Assembly: GCA_027492205.1 (NCBI GenBank)
Contig: JAOZFN010000014.1
Location: forward strand, 32,001 to 96,000
Origin: Thermoproteota archaeon
GTDB taxonomy: Archaea; Korarchaeota; Korarchaeia; Korarchaeales; Korarchaeaceae
Direction of reading: 5' to 3'
Length of the DNA stretch: 64,000 nt
Under the pieces are notes generated by a model. The model saw nothing but the letters and a program-made list of their open reading frames with translations, made no database searches and was not told the origin of the DNA. How positions within the stretch are numbered: the first letter of the stretch is position 1; the number at the start of each line of letters is the position of its first letter. Shown piece after piece: positions 37,322-46,705 of this stretch. The translations under genes and the position numbers were made by a program.

Positions 37322-39133
37322 TCAGGGCTTTCGGAGGACCACCAGGCTCTCGGTGGGGATCGCCCCCCTCTCGCTGGACTTGGCGAGGTGCACGTCGAAC
37401 CTGACCTCCGGCTCGAGTCCCGCCTGACTCGCCAGCTCGATCATCCAGTCGGCCACCGGAAGCCTCCTCCCCTCCCCCCTCACCCTCATGACCTGCTCGG
37501 CACCGATCACCCACGTGACCCTGCCGCCCGGCCTCAGGACCTCGCCAATCTCCTTGAACACCCTCAGGACCCCCAAGAAGTACCTGAGGAGCGCCGCCGA
37601 CATCTTGGGCCTGCCCGGCCTGAGCCAGAGGAGGAAGTCCCTCACGTCCTCTGGCAGGGAGTCCAGTGCCGACTCGCTCCACTCCCTCGACCTGGATCCC
37701 CTCACCGAGCCCAGCGTCTCCCTGTCGACTGCGAGGTGGTCCGAGGTCAGGCCTAGGACGTAGAGCGAGTAGAGCTGGTTCCCCACGTAGTCTATGGCGG
37801 CCAGGTAGGGGGGGCTGGTCACCACGCCGTCGAACGGCCCCCTCAGCTCGCCGGGCACCCGCCTGAGCACCTCCCTGAGCCTCGTGGAGTCCCCACGGAT
37901 CACCTCGGCCTTCGCGGGCTCTATGGGCCTCACGTTCTCCCTGTAAAGCTGGAGGAACCTCAGGGCAAACCACATCCTCTTCAGGTGATCCAGGTAGGTG
38001 GAGATCACCTTCTCCGGCGCCTGCTTCGTGAGCATGCTCCTCATCCAGTAGGCCAGGGGCACCTTGAGGAAGTCGGACAGGTCGGGATCTCCCACACTCT
38101 GAGAGATCTCCAAGACCCTGACGACGACCGCGAGGGAACCCCTCCTCACCCTGGAGGCCAGCCTCTCCGGCAGCCTGGAGAGCATCTCCTCCAGAGATCG
38201 TCCGTCGGCCGCCGGGCGGGAGCGCAGCTCCTCCTCGACCCGCGATATCAGCTTGGAGACCTCCGACGGATCGGCACCCAGCGCCCTAACCTTCACCCGG
38301 CTCACCATAGCCAGCAGGGGGTTCACCTCGACGCCCACGGACCTGATCCCCATCAGAGAGGCCTCGACGTTCAGCGTCCCGCAGCCCGTGAATGGGTCCA
38401 GGACCAGGTCCCCCTCGCGGAGGCCCATGAGGTTCATGGCGGCCCTGATCATCCTCGGGAAGAACTTGCCGCGGATCCCGAAGAACCAGTGGGTCAGGTA
38501 GAGCTGGGGGGCCCTGCGGTCGTCCATGAAGTCCTCTATAGTCTTGAAGAGCCTGGCGGACTCCGCCGAGTAGGCCCTCTTCACCCCCACCCGGAGGTGC
38601 CTCAGGCCGGCGCGGAACATCCTCTCGACGTCTGAATCATCCCTGGCCAGCCTGCAGACGAAGTCCGAGAACTCGTAGGCCGCCTGGTCCGGGACCACCC
38701 TGAGGCACCTCCCGCCCTCCAGCCTGTAGAGCGTGGTCAGCGGGTCGAGGCTCACCTCGCTCTCCCCTGCCCCTGGGCGGAGCCCCATGTCCTCGGCGGG
38801 GGAGTCGTCGTCCCGCCCCCAGGCCAGGTAGACCTCCCTGAAGTAAGAGAGCCTCCTAATCGCTCCAAGTAGCTCCGGGCTCGGCTCCAGCCCTCGTGTC
38901 AGGAAACCCTCGAGCCCCCCGGGGTAGGGGTGCCAGCAGATCCTGTCGTGGATTCGGAGCCTCCGATCCATCAGGAACCTGAGTTCGTCAACCAGCACGT
39001 CGGCGGCGTTCCTCACCTCCTCCACGCCGGCGCCTATCGAGGACTCGACCTCCTCCCTCGCCAGAGGAAGCTCAGAGTCGTTCTGGATGTCGTGCTTGAG
39101 CTTGAAATATCCGACGAGCCCGCCCTCGCCCAC
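37322..39133 (-). CDS. Amino-group nucleic-acid methyltransferase (N4-mC/N6-type, SPPY) with long N-terminal extension
   Basis: GKFFP, VLDPFTGCGT, GVEVNP and VVTSPPY motifs. Confidence 0.85.
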   Translation of the reverse strand: MGEGGLVGYFKLKHDIQNDSELPLAREEVESSIGAGVEEVRNAADVLVDELRFLMDRRLRIHDRICWHPYPGGLEGFLTRGLEPSPELLGAIRRLSYFREVYLAWGRDDDSPAEDMGLRPGAGESEVSLDPLTTLYRLEGGRCLRVVPDQAAYEFSDFVCRLARDDSDVERMFRAGLRHLRVGVKRAYSAESARLFKTIEDFMDDRRAPQLYLTHWFFGIRGKFFPRMIRAAMNLMGLREGDLVLDPFTGCGTLNVEASLMGIRSVGVEVNPLLAMVSRVKVRALGADPSEVSKLISRVEEELRSRPAADGRSLEEMLSRLPERLASRVRRGSLAVVVRVLEISQSVGDPDLSDFLKVPLAYWMRSMLTKQAPEKVISTYLDHLKRMWFALRFLQLYRENVRPIEPAKAEVIRGDSTRLREVLRRVPGELRGPFDGVVTSPPYLAAIDYVGNQLYSLYVLGLTSDHLAVDRETLGSVRGSRSREWSESALDSLPEDVRDFLLWLRPGRPKMSAALLRYFLGVLRVFKEIGEVLRPGGRVTWVIGAEQVMRVRGEGRRLPVADWMIELASQAGLEPEVRFDVHLAKSSERGAIPTESLVVLRKP

Positions 39134-39232
39134 GCGGATCGACCGCCCACCGCCGGACGTGGCGCCGAAGCCCCTGGACCGGTGGAGACCTTCTGCGCGA
39201 GGGTATAATAAATTCGACGAACCACCCGCCCG

Positions 39233-39949
39233 GTGGGGTTGCGGGTGGAGCTCAGGAGTCCCCGCGCGCTCACCGCGCTCACTCTCGCAGTAGCGGGCGC
39301 TTTCTCAGCAGCAGTCTCCCTCGCGTGGCCTCCAAAGCCCTACGAGGTGGCTCTGGGAGGGATTTTCGTCGGCTGGATACTCCTGATGGTCTTCAAGGCG
39401 GCCAAGGTGGTCTCCGCGAGGCTCAACAAGTACATCGCCAGGAAGTTCATCCACTTCACCACCGGCGGCCTCGTGGCCGCGCTGTCGCCATTCGTCTTCG
39501 AGACGCCCACAGTCCCGATAATTGGGGCCGTCGGAATGGCCCTCATGACCCTCATCCCCAGGATATGGGGCAGGGAGCTGGACTGGTACCAGGTAAAGAA
39601 CAACTTCGGCGACACCTGGTTCTGCGTGAGCTTCGCGGCCCTTTACACCTCTCTCTGGTACGAGGACAAGTGGCTCGCCGTGGTGCCAGCTCTGTTCATG
39701 GCCTACGGAGACGGGGTGACGGGCGTGGTGAGGAGCGTAGTCTACAGGGACTGGGTGAAGGGCGGCTGGGGGAGCCTCGCCATGCTCCTGGTCTCGCTCC
39801 CCATCGGGGCCGCCGTGAAGGGGGTGGCCGGCGTGGCGTCCGCCCTGGCGGCCACCGTGGTTGAGAAGCTCCCCTACATAGACGACAACATAACCGTGCC
39901 CGCCGTATCGGCCGCGGTGCTCTACGCCCTCCACGCGCTGGGGGCTTGA
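39233..39949 (+). CDS. Dolichol/phytol kinase-like CTP-dependent membrane kinase
   Basis: ARKFIHF, MAYGDGVTG, KG.WGS and DDNITVP motifs. Confidence 0.85.
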   Translation: MGLRVELRSPRALTALTLAVAGAFSAAVSLAWPPKPYEVALGGIFVGWILLMVFKAAKVVSARLNKYIARKFIHFTTGGLVAALSPFVFETPTVPIIGAVGMALMTLIPRIWGRELDWYQVKNNFGDTWFCVSFAALYTSLWYEDKWLAVVPALFMAYGDGVTGVVRSVVYRDWVKGGWGSLAMLLVSLPIGAAVKGVAGVASALAATVVEKLPYIDDNITVPAVSAAVLYALHALGA

Positions 39950-40530
39950 ACCTTTGGAGGCCGCTCCAAACCTCGCCGTCGCGGATCGACCGAGCCCTTG
40001 CCGTAGCTGATGAGGGCCACCGCCGCCATTATTGTCATCACGATGAGGATGGCCTCCGTGGCCGTTCTGGATATCCCGGGCCTGCCGGCCGGAGTCCACA
40101 CGGCCATCACCTCTGATAGTGTAGGAGTATACGGCGAACGTGCCCTGGGGCCCGTAGAGCTTCAGCATGTGGTGCTCCTTCGCTGTGGCGTAGGTTGATG
40201 TGTAGCGTCCCGCATACTTGGTGCACTGGTTGTCCGACCACCTGAGGGTGGCCACCTCGCCTACCCCCAGGACGTCGTCCCCAACGACGTCGACGTAGTC
40301 CGCCTCCCCGCAGTAGTGATCGTCCACGATTGGTATCCAGACCCCACGCAGACCGGCGTTCCGCAGCTCCATGGGCCCATTGTTCTTCACGCCCACCTCC
40401 ATGCACGTCCCGGAGGTGCGGCTGGACTGGGCAAAGTAGGCCCCGTAGATCTCCAGAGTAGACGGGCCGAGATGGAGGTCGTCCTAAAGAGGACGCTCGA
40501 GGCGTACGAGCCTATTGGGCCGAAGACCCC
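39950..40530 (-). pseudogene. Remnants of two archaeal type IV pilin-like genes
   Basis: Class III-like signal RPG|ISRTATEAILIVMTIMAAVALISY starting at 40110 and quickly degenerating; an upstream pilin-like body (LEIYGAY...VGVKNNG) with a frameshifted or missing N-terminus. Confidence 0.45.
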
Positions 40531-40560
40531 GCTTTTACCCAAGTCCGACACGAATGCCCC

Positions 40561-40620
40561 CGGGCGATGATGACGCGATGGGGCGCGGAGGCGTGAAGAT
40601 GCAGTGCCGACCTGAGCCCG
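40561..40620 (+). ncRNA. C/D-box 2'-O-methylation guide sRNA
   Basis: Terminal stem CGGGC/GCCCG; box C ATGATGA 40567-73; 12-nt guide; D' CGGA 40586-89; C' TGAAGA 40594-99; 12-nt guide; box D CTGA 40612-15; TTTTA TATA-like box at 40533-37. Confidence 0.88.
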
Positions 40621-40644
40621 CTCCCCCCTCATCTCCAAAGGGGC

Positions 40645-41367
40645 TCAGGAGAAATCCAGGTGTGAGCCTAGCCACAGCAGCGCCGCTCCGACGGCGGGGG
40701 CAAGCAGGGCGGGGGTCACCGCAGCGCCCTGGGCCACGGACATCAGGGGCACGAACGACGCCATGTAGGCGACCCTCCACATCGGGCTTGTCCGCGGCGG
40801 GAGGGCGCCACCGAAGATCTTGGTGAAGAGGCAGAGGGCCACGGCCGAGACGGTGAACCAGCCCAAGAAGTTGGAAAGGGGGATCCCGAACCACGAACCC
40901 CCCTCCTCCCAGGACCAGGCGCCCAGGGCCACCATGACGGGGTCGACGGCCAGGTCCAGCGCAACCATCATCGCCGAGGCAAGAGCTACCCTCGCCCAGG
41001 CCCGACGCGTCAGGGAGGAGGCGGCCGAGTAGCAGACGAAGAGGTAGACACCCCAGGCGATCACCACCGGAACCGGGACCCCGAGGATCTCCGGGCCGAA
41101 CTCGGAGTAAGAATACCTCCCGAACGGAATCCCGTAGCGCACTCCGACGACCTCGAACGCGAGCCCAACCGCCGAGCCGACTGGTGGCAGGGCCAGCCCC
41201 GGCCTCCAGTACCGCGCCCCAGTGAGAATCAGCGCCAATGCGAAGCAGGCCGTGAGGATCAGGTCCGACTCCGCCCTCCTGCCCGTCAGCGCTATCGCGG
41301 CGTTGAGGATGAATCCAAGCGAGACCACGACGGCCGGGGCCCAGTCAGATTCCTCCGAGACCCTCAC
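40645..41367 (-). CDS. CruF/DUF422-like carotenoid biosynthesis (hydratase) membrane protein
   Basis: E.VGV..GIPFG.YSY, GVP..V..AW, DLAVDP, W.W and GIPLSNFLGW motifs. GTG at 41367 lies below a T7 box at 41390-41396. Confidence 0.85.
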   Translation of the reverse strand: MRVSEESDWAPAVVVSLGFILNAAIALTGRRAESDLILTACFALALILTGARYWRPGLALPPVGSAVGLAFEVVGVRYGIPFGRYSYSEFGPEILGVPVPVVIAWGVYLFVCYSAASSLTRRAWARVALASAMMVALDLAVDPVMVALGAWSWEEGGSWFGIPLSNFLGWFTVSAVALCLFTKIFGGALPPRTSPMWRVAYMASFVPLMSVAQGAAVTPALLAPAVGAALLWLGSHLDFS

Positions 41368-41598
41368 AGGCTGAGGCGCCTCCGGACGCAAAAAAAGGTG
41401 CGCCGGCGCCTTCGGCCAGCTCTCCCAAAGGTCCTGCACGGACGGCCCCCGACCGGAGCCACTCGGCCCGATAACCTCGGCCTCAGCCGGTCACCGGGGG
41501 CAGACGCGGAGCCGCTTCTAGGTTCTGACATCTGTAAAATTGTTAATGTTACGGAAATCCTTATTTGGTAACAATGGTTTGGGTGGGACCGACCTGGG

Positions 41599-42134
41599 AT
41601 GGGTCATCGGTGGCTGGCGCTTATGGCCCTGCTGGTCGCGTCCCTGGGCGCCCTAGGCGCCCTGGCCGCCTACCAGTTTAGGGAGGCGCGAACTGGAGGA
41701 GGCCAGGGAGAGAGATTGGTCCTGGCCTGGGGAGACTGGGGTCAACCAAACCGACCCTCGTGTACCTGGCTCCTGTGGTCGTGGCCGCCGTAGCCGCCAC
41801 GGCCCTGGGTCTCAGGAGGGCGGAGAGGCTCACCGGCGATGCCTGGTATGACCTCGACTCGGGTACCCTGTTCGTGAGGTTGAAGAACAGCCTGAAGAGC
41901 GCGGTGAGAGTCAGGAAGATAGCGGCCCTCACTCTCGACGGCAGGGAGATCCTGGCGAGTTCTGAGCCCCGATCTAGGGAGTACAAGTCCCCCAGAGTTC
42001 CAGCCCGCGGGTCGGCCACCTTCGAGCTGAGGGACAAGGGTGGAGGGGTAATAGACGCGATGGCCGAGGGAGGCGTGAAGATCTCGATTCAGACTGACCG
42101 TGGAGAGATCAGGCTCTCCCTAAGAGCCGGCTGA
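41599..42134 (+). CDS. Membrane protein with C-terminal beta-rich domain; probably one frameshifted gene or two coupled ORFs
   Basis: TM fragment 41599-41793 overlaps a TM plus Ig-like ORF at 41760-42134. Confidence 0.45.
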
Positions 42135-42354
42135 GCAGCTAGTCCAACGCTCCAGACCGCGGGTAGGCGCGCGCCATACGTGCTCTATCAACAAGCGGAC
42201 CGCCCTTGAGAGAGGCTGGGTCTCTCTTCGCGATCCCGCCGAGGGAGAGGGGGAGAGTTTGCAGGGAGATAGGCTGATACGATCTTAGATTGTCCCGAGG
42301 AGTCAGACCAAGACAAACGTTTATCTTACTCCAACCCACCCCCTGCCTTCCGAG

Positions 42355-42933
42355 ATGGACTTCTCTCGCGAGGCTGAGAGGGCCAGGAGCTACCTGGACT
42401 TGGGCCCCCAGGACATCAGGGTGATAAGGCAGATAAGGCCACTGATAGTGTCTCACGAGGACGAGATCATTCAGGGAGTCTTGAATTCCCTGCTATCAGA
42501 TCAGGAGGCCGTCTCGGTGGTCAAGGAGTCTGGGCTGTCTGCAGAAAGGGCCATAGCGCTCTTCAAGTCTGTGATTCGCCTGACGCTCTCCGGGGATTTC
42601 GGGGGCGAGCACGCAAAGCGCGTGTTCGTGGTCGGCGCGGCGCACCTCAGAGTCGGAGTGGGCCACAGGCTGATGACGCTGAACGCGGGCGCTTTCGCGC
42701 GGGAGGTCGCGAGGGTACTTGGCGAGGCCGGGATGTGCGAGGCCATAGTCCCGGCTCTGAAGGCCATCTTTTGGACCCTGTCAATTATAACCGAAAGCTA
42801 CCTAGAGGCCGAGCGCAGGAGCCTTAGGGAGGCCTCAGGTCTCAGGCCAGAGCTGGTGGAGAGGCTTAAGCGGGCTAAGGCCCGCGAGATTTACGATGAG
42901 TTCAGGGCTGTAGGCAGGACGGAGCTGGTTTGA
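42355..42933 (+). CDS. Protoglobin / single-domain sensor globin
   Basis: YLDL...D...I, LSGDF...H..RV..VGAAHLRVGV (proximal His), AL.AI...L..I.ESY. Confidence 0.8.
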   Translation: MDFSREAERARSYLDLGPQDIRVIRQIRPLIVSHEDEIIQGVLNSLLSDQEAVSVVKESGLSAERAIALFKSVIRLTLSGDFGGEHAKRVFVVGAAHLRVGVGHRLMTLNAGAFAREVARVLGEAGMCEAIVPALKAIFWTLSIITESYLEAERRSLREASGLRPELVERLKRAKAREIYDEFRAVGRTELV

Positions 42934-42980
42934 AGTGCCCGTGGGGTTATAATGGGCGCCCGGGTGATTCACCGAGCCGT

Positions 42981-43922
42981 ATGGAGTACGTTAGGGACCT
43001 CGTCTGGAGGCCGGGAATGACCGTGAGGGAGCTGGTGGAGGGGTTCGCCGCCACGGGCTTTCAGAGCACGGAGCTCTACAAGGCCGCCCAGATAGTCGTG
43101 AGGATGAAGAGGGAGGGGGCGAAGGTCATCCTCACCTTCACGTCCAACATGGGGACCTCGGGGCTGAGGGGCCTCTTCGCCCAGCTGATCGGGGTGGGCC
43201 TGGTTGATGTGGTGATAACAACCGTCGGCGCGATAGAGGAGGACGTGATGAAGGCCCTGGGCGAGAGGTTCTACATTCACCGGTTCCAGGCCGACGACGT
43301 GGAGCTCCACGAGAGGGGCATGAACAGGGTCGGCAACCTGCTGATCAGCAACGACAGCTACGCCAGGTTTGAGGCGTTCGCCACCCGGCTCCTCGAGGAG
43401 ATCTACCGGGAGAAGAGGAGGCTCACCGTGTCGGAGCTCCTCCGGGAGATAGGCCTGAGGCTGGAGGACGAGAACTCCTTCCTCTACCAGGCGGCCAGGA
43501 GGGACGTACCGGTGTTCTGCCCCGCCATAACCGACGGCTCCTTCGGGTTTCACCTCTTCATGGCGAGGGAGAGGCACCCGGACTTCGACGTGGACGTGGT
43601 GGGGGACTTCGGTAGGATGATCCTGTACCTGAGCCAGGAGGACAGGAAGGGCGTCATAGCCCTGGGCGGGGGAGTGTCGAAGCACCACGCGATCCTCATG
43701 ACCCTCCTGAGCGGCGGCGCCGACTACGCGGTCTACATCACCACCTCAACCCAGTTCTCGGGGAGCATGAGCGGCGCCACGACGTCGGAGGCCAAGAGCT
43801 GGGGAAAGATCAAGGACGACTCCGACTCCGTCACCGTGATAGGCGACGCGACCATCCTCTTCCCGCTGGTCGCCGCCTACTCCCTCGAGGTCCTGAGGGA
43901 GGAGGGGCTGATAGAGGCGTAG
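42981..43922 (+). CDS. dys: Deoxyhypusine synthase family protein (possibly acting as homospermidine synthase)
   Basis: TSNMGTSGLR, IEED, NRVGN, CPAITDGS, GGGVSKHH and SGA..SEAKSWGK motifs; TTATAA at 42947-52. Confidence 0.92.
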   Translation: MEYVRDLVWRPGMTVRELVEGFAATGFQSTELYKAAQIVVRMKREGAKVILTFTSNMGTSGLRGLFAQLIGVGLVDVVITTVGAIEEDVMKALGERFYIHRFQADDVELHERGMNRVGNLLISNDSYARFEAFATRLLEEIYREKRRLTVSELLREIGLRLEDENSFLYQAARRDVPVFCPAITDGSFGFHLFMARERHPDFDVDVVGDFGRMILYLSQEDRKGVIALGGGVSKHHAILMTLLSGGADYAVYITTSTQFSGSMSGATTSEAKSWGKIKDDSDSVTVIGDATILFPLVAAYSLEVLREEGLIEA

Positions 43923-43951
43923 TCCGGTGAGGGAGGGAGAGGGTCGGGAGA

Positions 43952-45007
43952 ATGGCCAGGTTCATCCTGAGCAGGAGGGTGGCGCTGAGGCAGTACGAGA
44001 CCGTGAAGAGGTACGTGGACGTCGTGGCCTACAGCTACAAGACCAACCCGGCGGTCTGGGAGGTCCTCAGGGAGACCGACGCGATGGTGGGCCTGAGTTC
44101 GATGGGCTCGGCGAGGAGGGTTCGGGAGCTGAGCAGGGCGATCTACTACCTGCAGGGGGAGTCCGAGGAGGAGGTCAGGTGGCTCCTCGACTCGGGCGTG
44201 GGGTGGCTCCTGGTGGACAACGAGCCCGAGCTCCGGGCGCTCCTCGGCGAACTGAGCAGGCTCGACCGCTCGGTCAACCTGCTCGTCAGGATGAAGATGA
44301 GGGAGCACACAGTCTACACGGGGAAGCACTTCGTCTACGGTATCGACTGGAGGAGGGTGAGCGATCTGATACCAGAGCTGCGCGAGAACCCGCACGTCGA
44401 GTCTCTTGGGGTCCACTTCCACAGGAAGACCCAGAACGTGGGGGAGTGGAGCCTCGTCGAGGACCTCTCCGACGCGCTTGACGACCGCGCCATGGGAGAG
44501 CTGGACGCTGTGAACATAGGCGGCGGGATACCGGTGAGGTACGCCAACTCCAGGCCGAACGTGGAGCTAGTCCTCGCCAAGGTGGGGGAGCTCAGGGACT
44601 TCCTCAGCGCCAGGGGGGTGAGGCTGATGGCCGAGCCGGGGAGGTTCATAGCTGCCCCCGCGGTGGCGCTGGAGGCCACGGTCCTGAACGTCTACTCCGG
44701 CACGGCCGTGCTGGACTGCTCCATCTTCAACGCCTACATGGACACCTACCTCCTCAACACCAGGCTGCCCGTGCTGGGCGAGAGGGGGGACCGCTCGGGC
44801 CACAGGTACCTCCTCAAGGGGAGGTCGCCGGACTCCCTCGACATCTTCCGCTACTCCGTCTACCTCGACAGGGAGCTGAGGCCGGGTGACAAGGTGGTCT
44901 TCCTGAACGCCGGGGCGTACAACTTCCACACCGACTTCAACGACATGCCGAGGCTCGAGACCGATGTCGTGGAGGACTTCCCCTTCCCCGTTCCGGGGTG
45001 GCTGTGA
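43952..45007 (+). CDS. Group IV PLP-dependent basic amino-acid decarboxylase (ornithine/DAP-decarboxylase-like)
   Basis: AYSYKTN (PLP Lys), HFH, NIGGG, EPGRF and NAGAY motifs. Confidence 0.88.
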   Translation: MARFILSRRVALRQYETVKRYVDVVAYSYKTNPAVWEVLRETDAMVGLSSMGSARRVRELSRAIYYLQGESEEEVRWLLDSGVGWLLVDNEPELRALLGELSRLDRSVNLLVRMKMREHTVYTGKHFVYGIDWRRVSDLIPELRENPHVESLGVHFHRKTQNVGEWSLVEDLSDALDDRAMGELDAVNIGGGIPVRYANSRPNVELVLAKVGELRDFLSARGVRLMAEPGRFIAAPAVALEATVLNVYSGTAVLDCSIFNAYMDTYLLNTRLPVLGERGDRSGHRYLLKGRSPDSLDIFRYSVYLDRELRPGDKVVFLNAGAYNFHTDFNDMPRLETDVVEDFPFPVPGWL

Positions 45008-45014
45008 GGCCTCT

Positions 45015-45698
45015 TCAGGACAGGCCCCCGAGGTCCACCGGCCCCAACCCCTCCACGTCGAGCACGGGCCTGCCCCCAGGTAGGACGACCAGCAGGGCCG
45101 TCGAGTATCCGTCTGGGGTCACGTCGAGTTCCATCGCTGGGTAGAGCCCCAGCCTGACGACGGGAGAGATTCCCACGGGAGGGGCGAGCCTAACGAGCCA
45201 GGCGCCCGGGTCGCAGTCGGTTATCCTCTTCGCCCTCACCCTCCACCGCCCGACCTCGCCTTCTCGCCAGCCCATCTCACCCTCCAGCGCGTCAAGGAGG
45301 TCCACGCCTATCGGGGGCTCCCCGACCGGCCCGAGAGTATCCCTGGGACCTACCTGGAGGACCTCTCCCTCCAGCTCCAGCTCGACGGCGAGTCCAGGCG
45401 CCCCACACGCGATCACGGCCGGCGGGCCGACCCAGCCCTCGCCGTGGTCGAGCAACTCGGCCGAGGTCGAGGTCCACGACTCCAGTGTCGCGCCGCCCGG
45501 CTCAGACACCCTCAGCCCGAGGTATCCCCCGGCGACGCCCCCCCTCACCGAGGCCCTGATCAGGAGGACGTCGACCTCTCCCAGCAGCACGGGAAGGATC
45601 AGGAGCCTCGATCTCTCACCGCCGGCCTCGATCCAGCACGCCGCGCGGGCGAGGTCGTTCAGTGCCGCGTCCGTGAGGTTGTACAGCTGAAGGGTCAT
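45015..45698 (-). CDS. Hypothetical protein
   Basis: ATG at 45698 with protein-like composition; the upstream part of the ORF-track call is antisense to the next gene. Confidence 0.55.
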   Translation of the reverse strand: MTLQLYNLTDAALNDLARAACWIEAGGERSRLLILPVLLGEVDVLLIRASVRGGVAGGYLGLRVSEPGGATLESWTSTSAELLDHGEGWVGPPAVIACGAPGLAVELELEGEVLQVGPRDTLGPVGEPPIGVDLLDALEGEMGWREGEVGRWRVRAKRITDCDPGAWLVRLAPPVGISPVVRLGLYPAMELDVTPDGYSTALLVVLPGGRPVLDVEGLGPVDLGGLS

Positions 45699-45749
45699 CG
45701 GGGGCCCGGCCTCGGTGAATGAAATAACGGTCCCCGCCCCCGGGTCGAG

Positions 45750-46637
45750 GTGCCCGTCGTCGCCAGGTTCGCCGGGGTCGAGCTGTGGGTGCCCTTGGGA
45801 GTCAGTTTCAGCGTATTCAACAGTCCCTACCCTGCCCACGCCGGGTGCGGCGCCCTGGACGTCTACTTCGACGGAGAGGCCCTGATGCCGGTCGAGGAGG
45901 GTATCGTGAGGGAGGTGAGAAGATTCCGCGGCCCCAAGCCCCGCTCCCACGGTCCCGGGTGCCGGAGGGAGGAGCCGGTGATCCTGATCGACCTGCCGGG
46001 TGGGCTGATTCTCAAGGTCATGCACGTCGAGCCCTCCGTGTCACCCGGCGAGAGGCTGACCAGGCTCGATCACATAGGGAGGGTGGTGCGGTCCTGCTAC
46101 CTATGTCCCTGGTCCGACCCCCATGCCCACTTCGAGCTCAAGCTGGGCAGGCCATACAGGGCGTCGGGCTGGGCGCCCCTCGACCTTTCCCCCGCCCTGA
46201 CCTGGCTAGAGGACCCACCCGAGCCCTCGGAGGAGTTCACCGTAGACGAGGTCAGGGACGAGTACGTATGGCTCCTCCCGAAGAGGCCCGGATCGGCCGG
46301 GCTCGTCGCGCTGGTCGGCGGGGCCCCTGCCCACGTCGACGGCGGCCTCCCACACTACGGGCACGGGGCGGCCTTGGTCAAACACTCTTCCCCGGGCCTG
46401 ACTGGCGAGGGCGTGGCCTGGACGGACGGGACGCTTATGGGAGAGCCCACAGCCAGCCTGGGGTTCGGGGTGACCTTTCGGCCCACGGCCAGACCCGTGG
46501 CAGACGGCCTGGCGTGCATCGGCGTTGGGTCTTACCTGGTCGAGCCCAGGCTCAAGTTGATCGTGAGGAGGGAGAAACACCCGTGGTCGGAGGGCGACGT
46601 TCTAAGGCTCGGGTTTACGCCGCTCGACTCACGGTGA
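45750..46637 (+). CDS. Archaeal protein with M23 peptidase-like zinc motifs
   Basis: NSPYPAH...ALDVY (H...D), MHV.P.V.PG and DPHAHFE (HxH) motifs. Confidence 0.65.
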   Translation: MPVVARFAGVELWVPLGVSFSVFNSPYPAHAGCGALDVYFDGEALMPVEEGIVREVRRFRGPKPRSHGPGCRREEPVILIDLPGGLILKVMHVEPSVSPGERLTRLDHIGRVVRSCYLCPWSDPHAHFELKLGRPYRASGWAPLDLSPALTWLEDPPEPSEEFTVDEVRDEYVWLLPKRPGSAGLVALVGGAPAHVDGGLPHYGHGAALVKHSSPGLTGEGVAWTDGTLMGEPTASLGFGVTFRPTARPVADGLACIGVGSYLVEPRLKLIVRREKHPWSEGDVLRLGFTPLDSR

Positions 46638-46705
46638 GATCGCCGCGATTCGCCGGGAGATCGTCTGCCGGAGAACCGTTAAATGATCTCGCGGGCCGTA
46701 ATGAC

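Noticed and set aside
40575-40632. MRGERAQV as a class III signal peptide on the minus strand
   Set aside because: No intact hydrophobic helix follows; the sequence is better explained by the plus-strand C/D sRNA.
41390-41430. GGAGAG...GCCGAAGG plus a U-tract, suggesting a glycine riboswitch or terminator
   Set aside because: Other riboswitch elements are absent, and the T7 tract fits the TATA position for the GTG at 41367.
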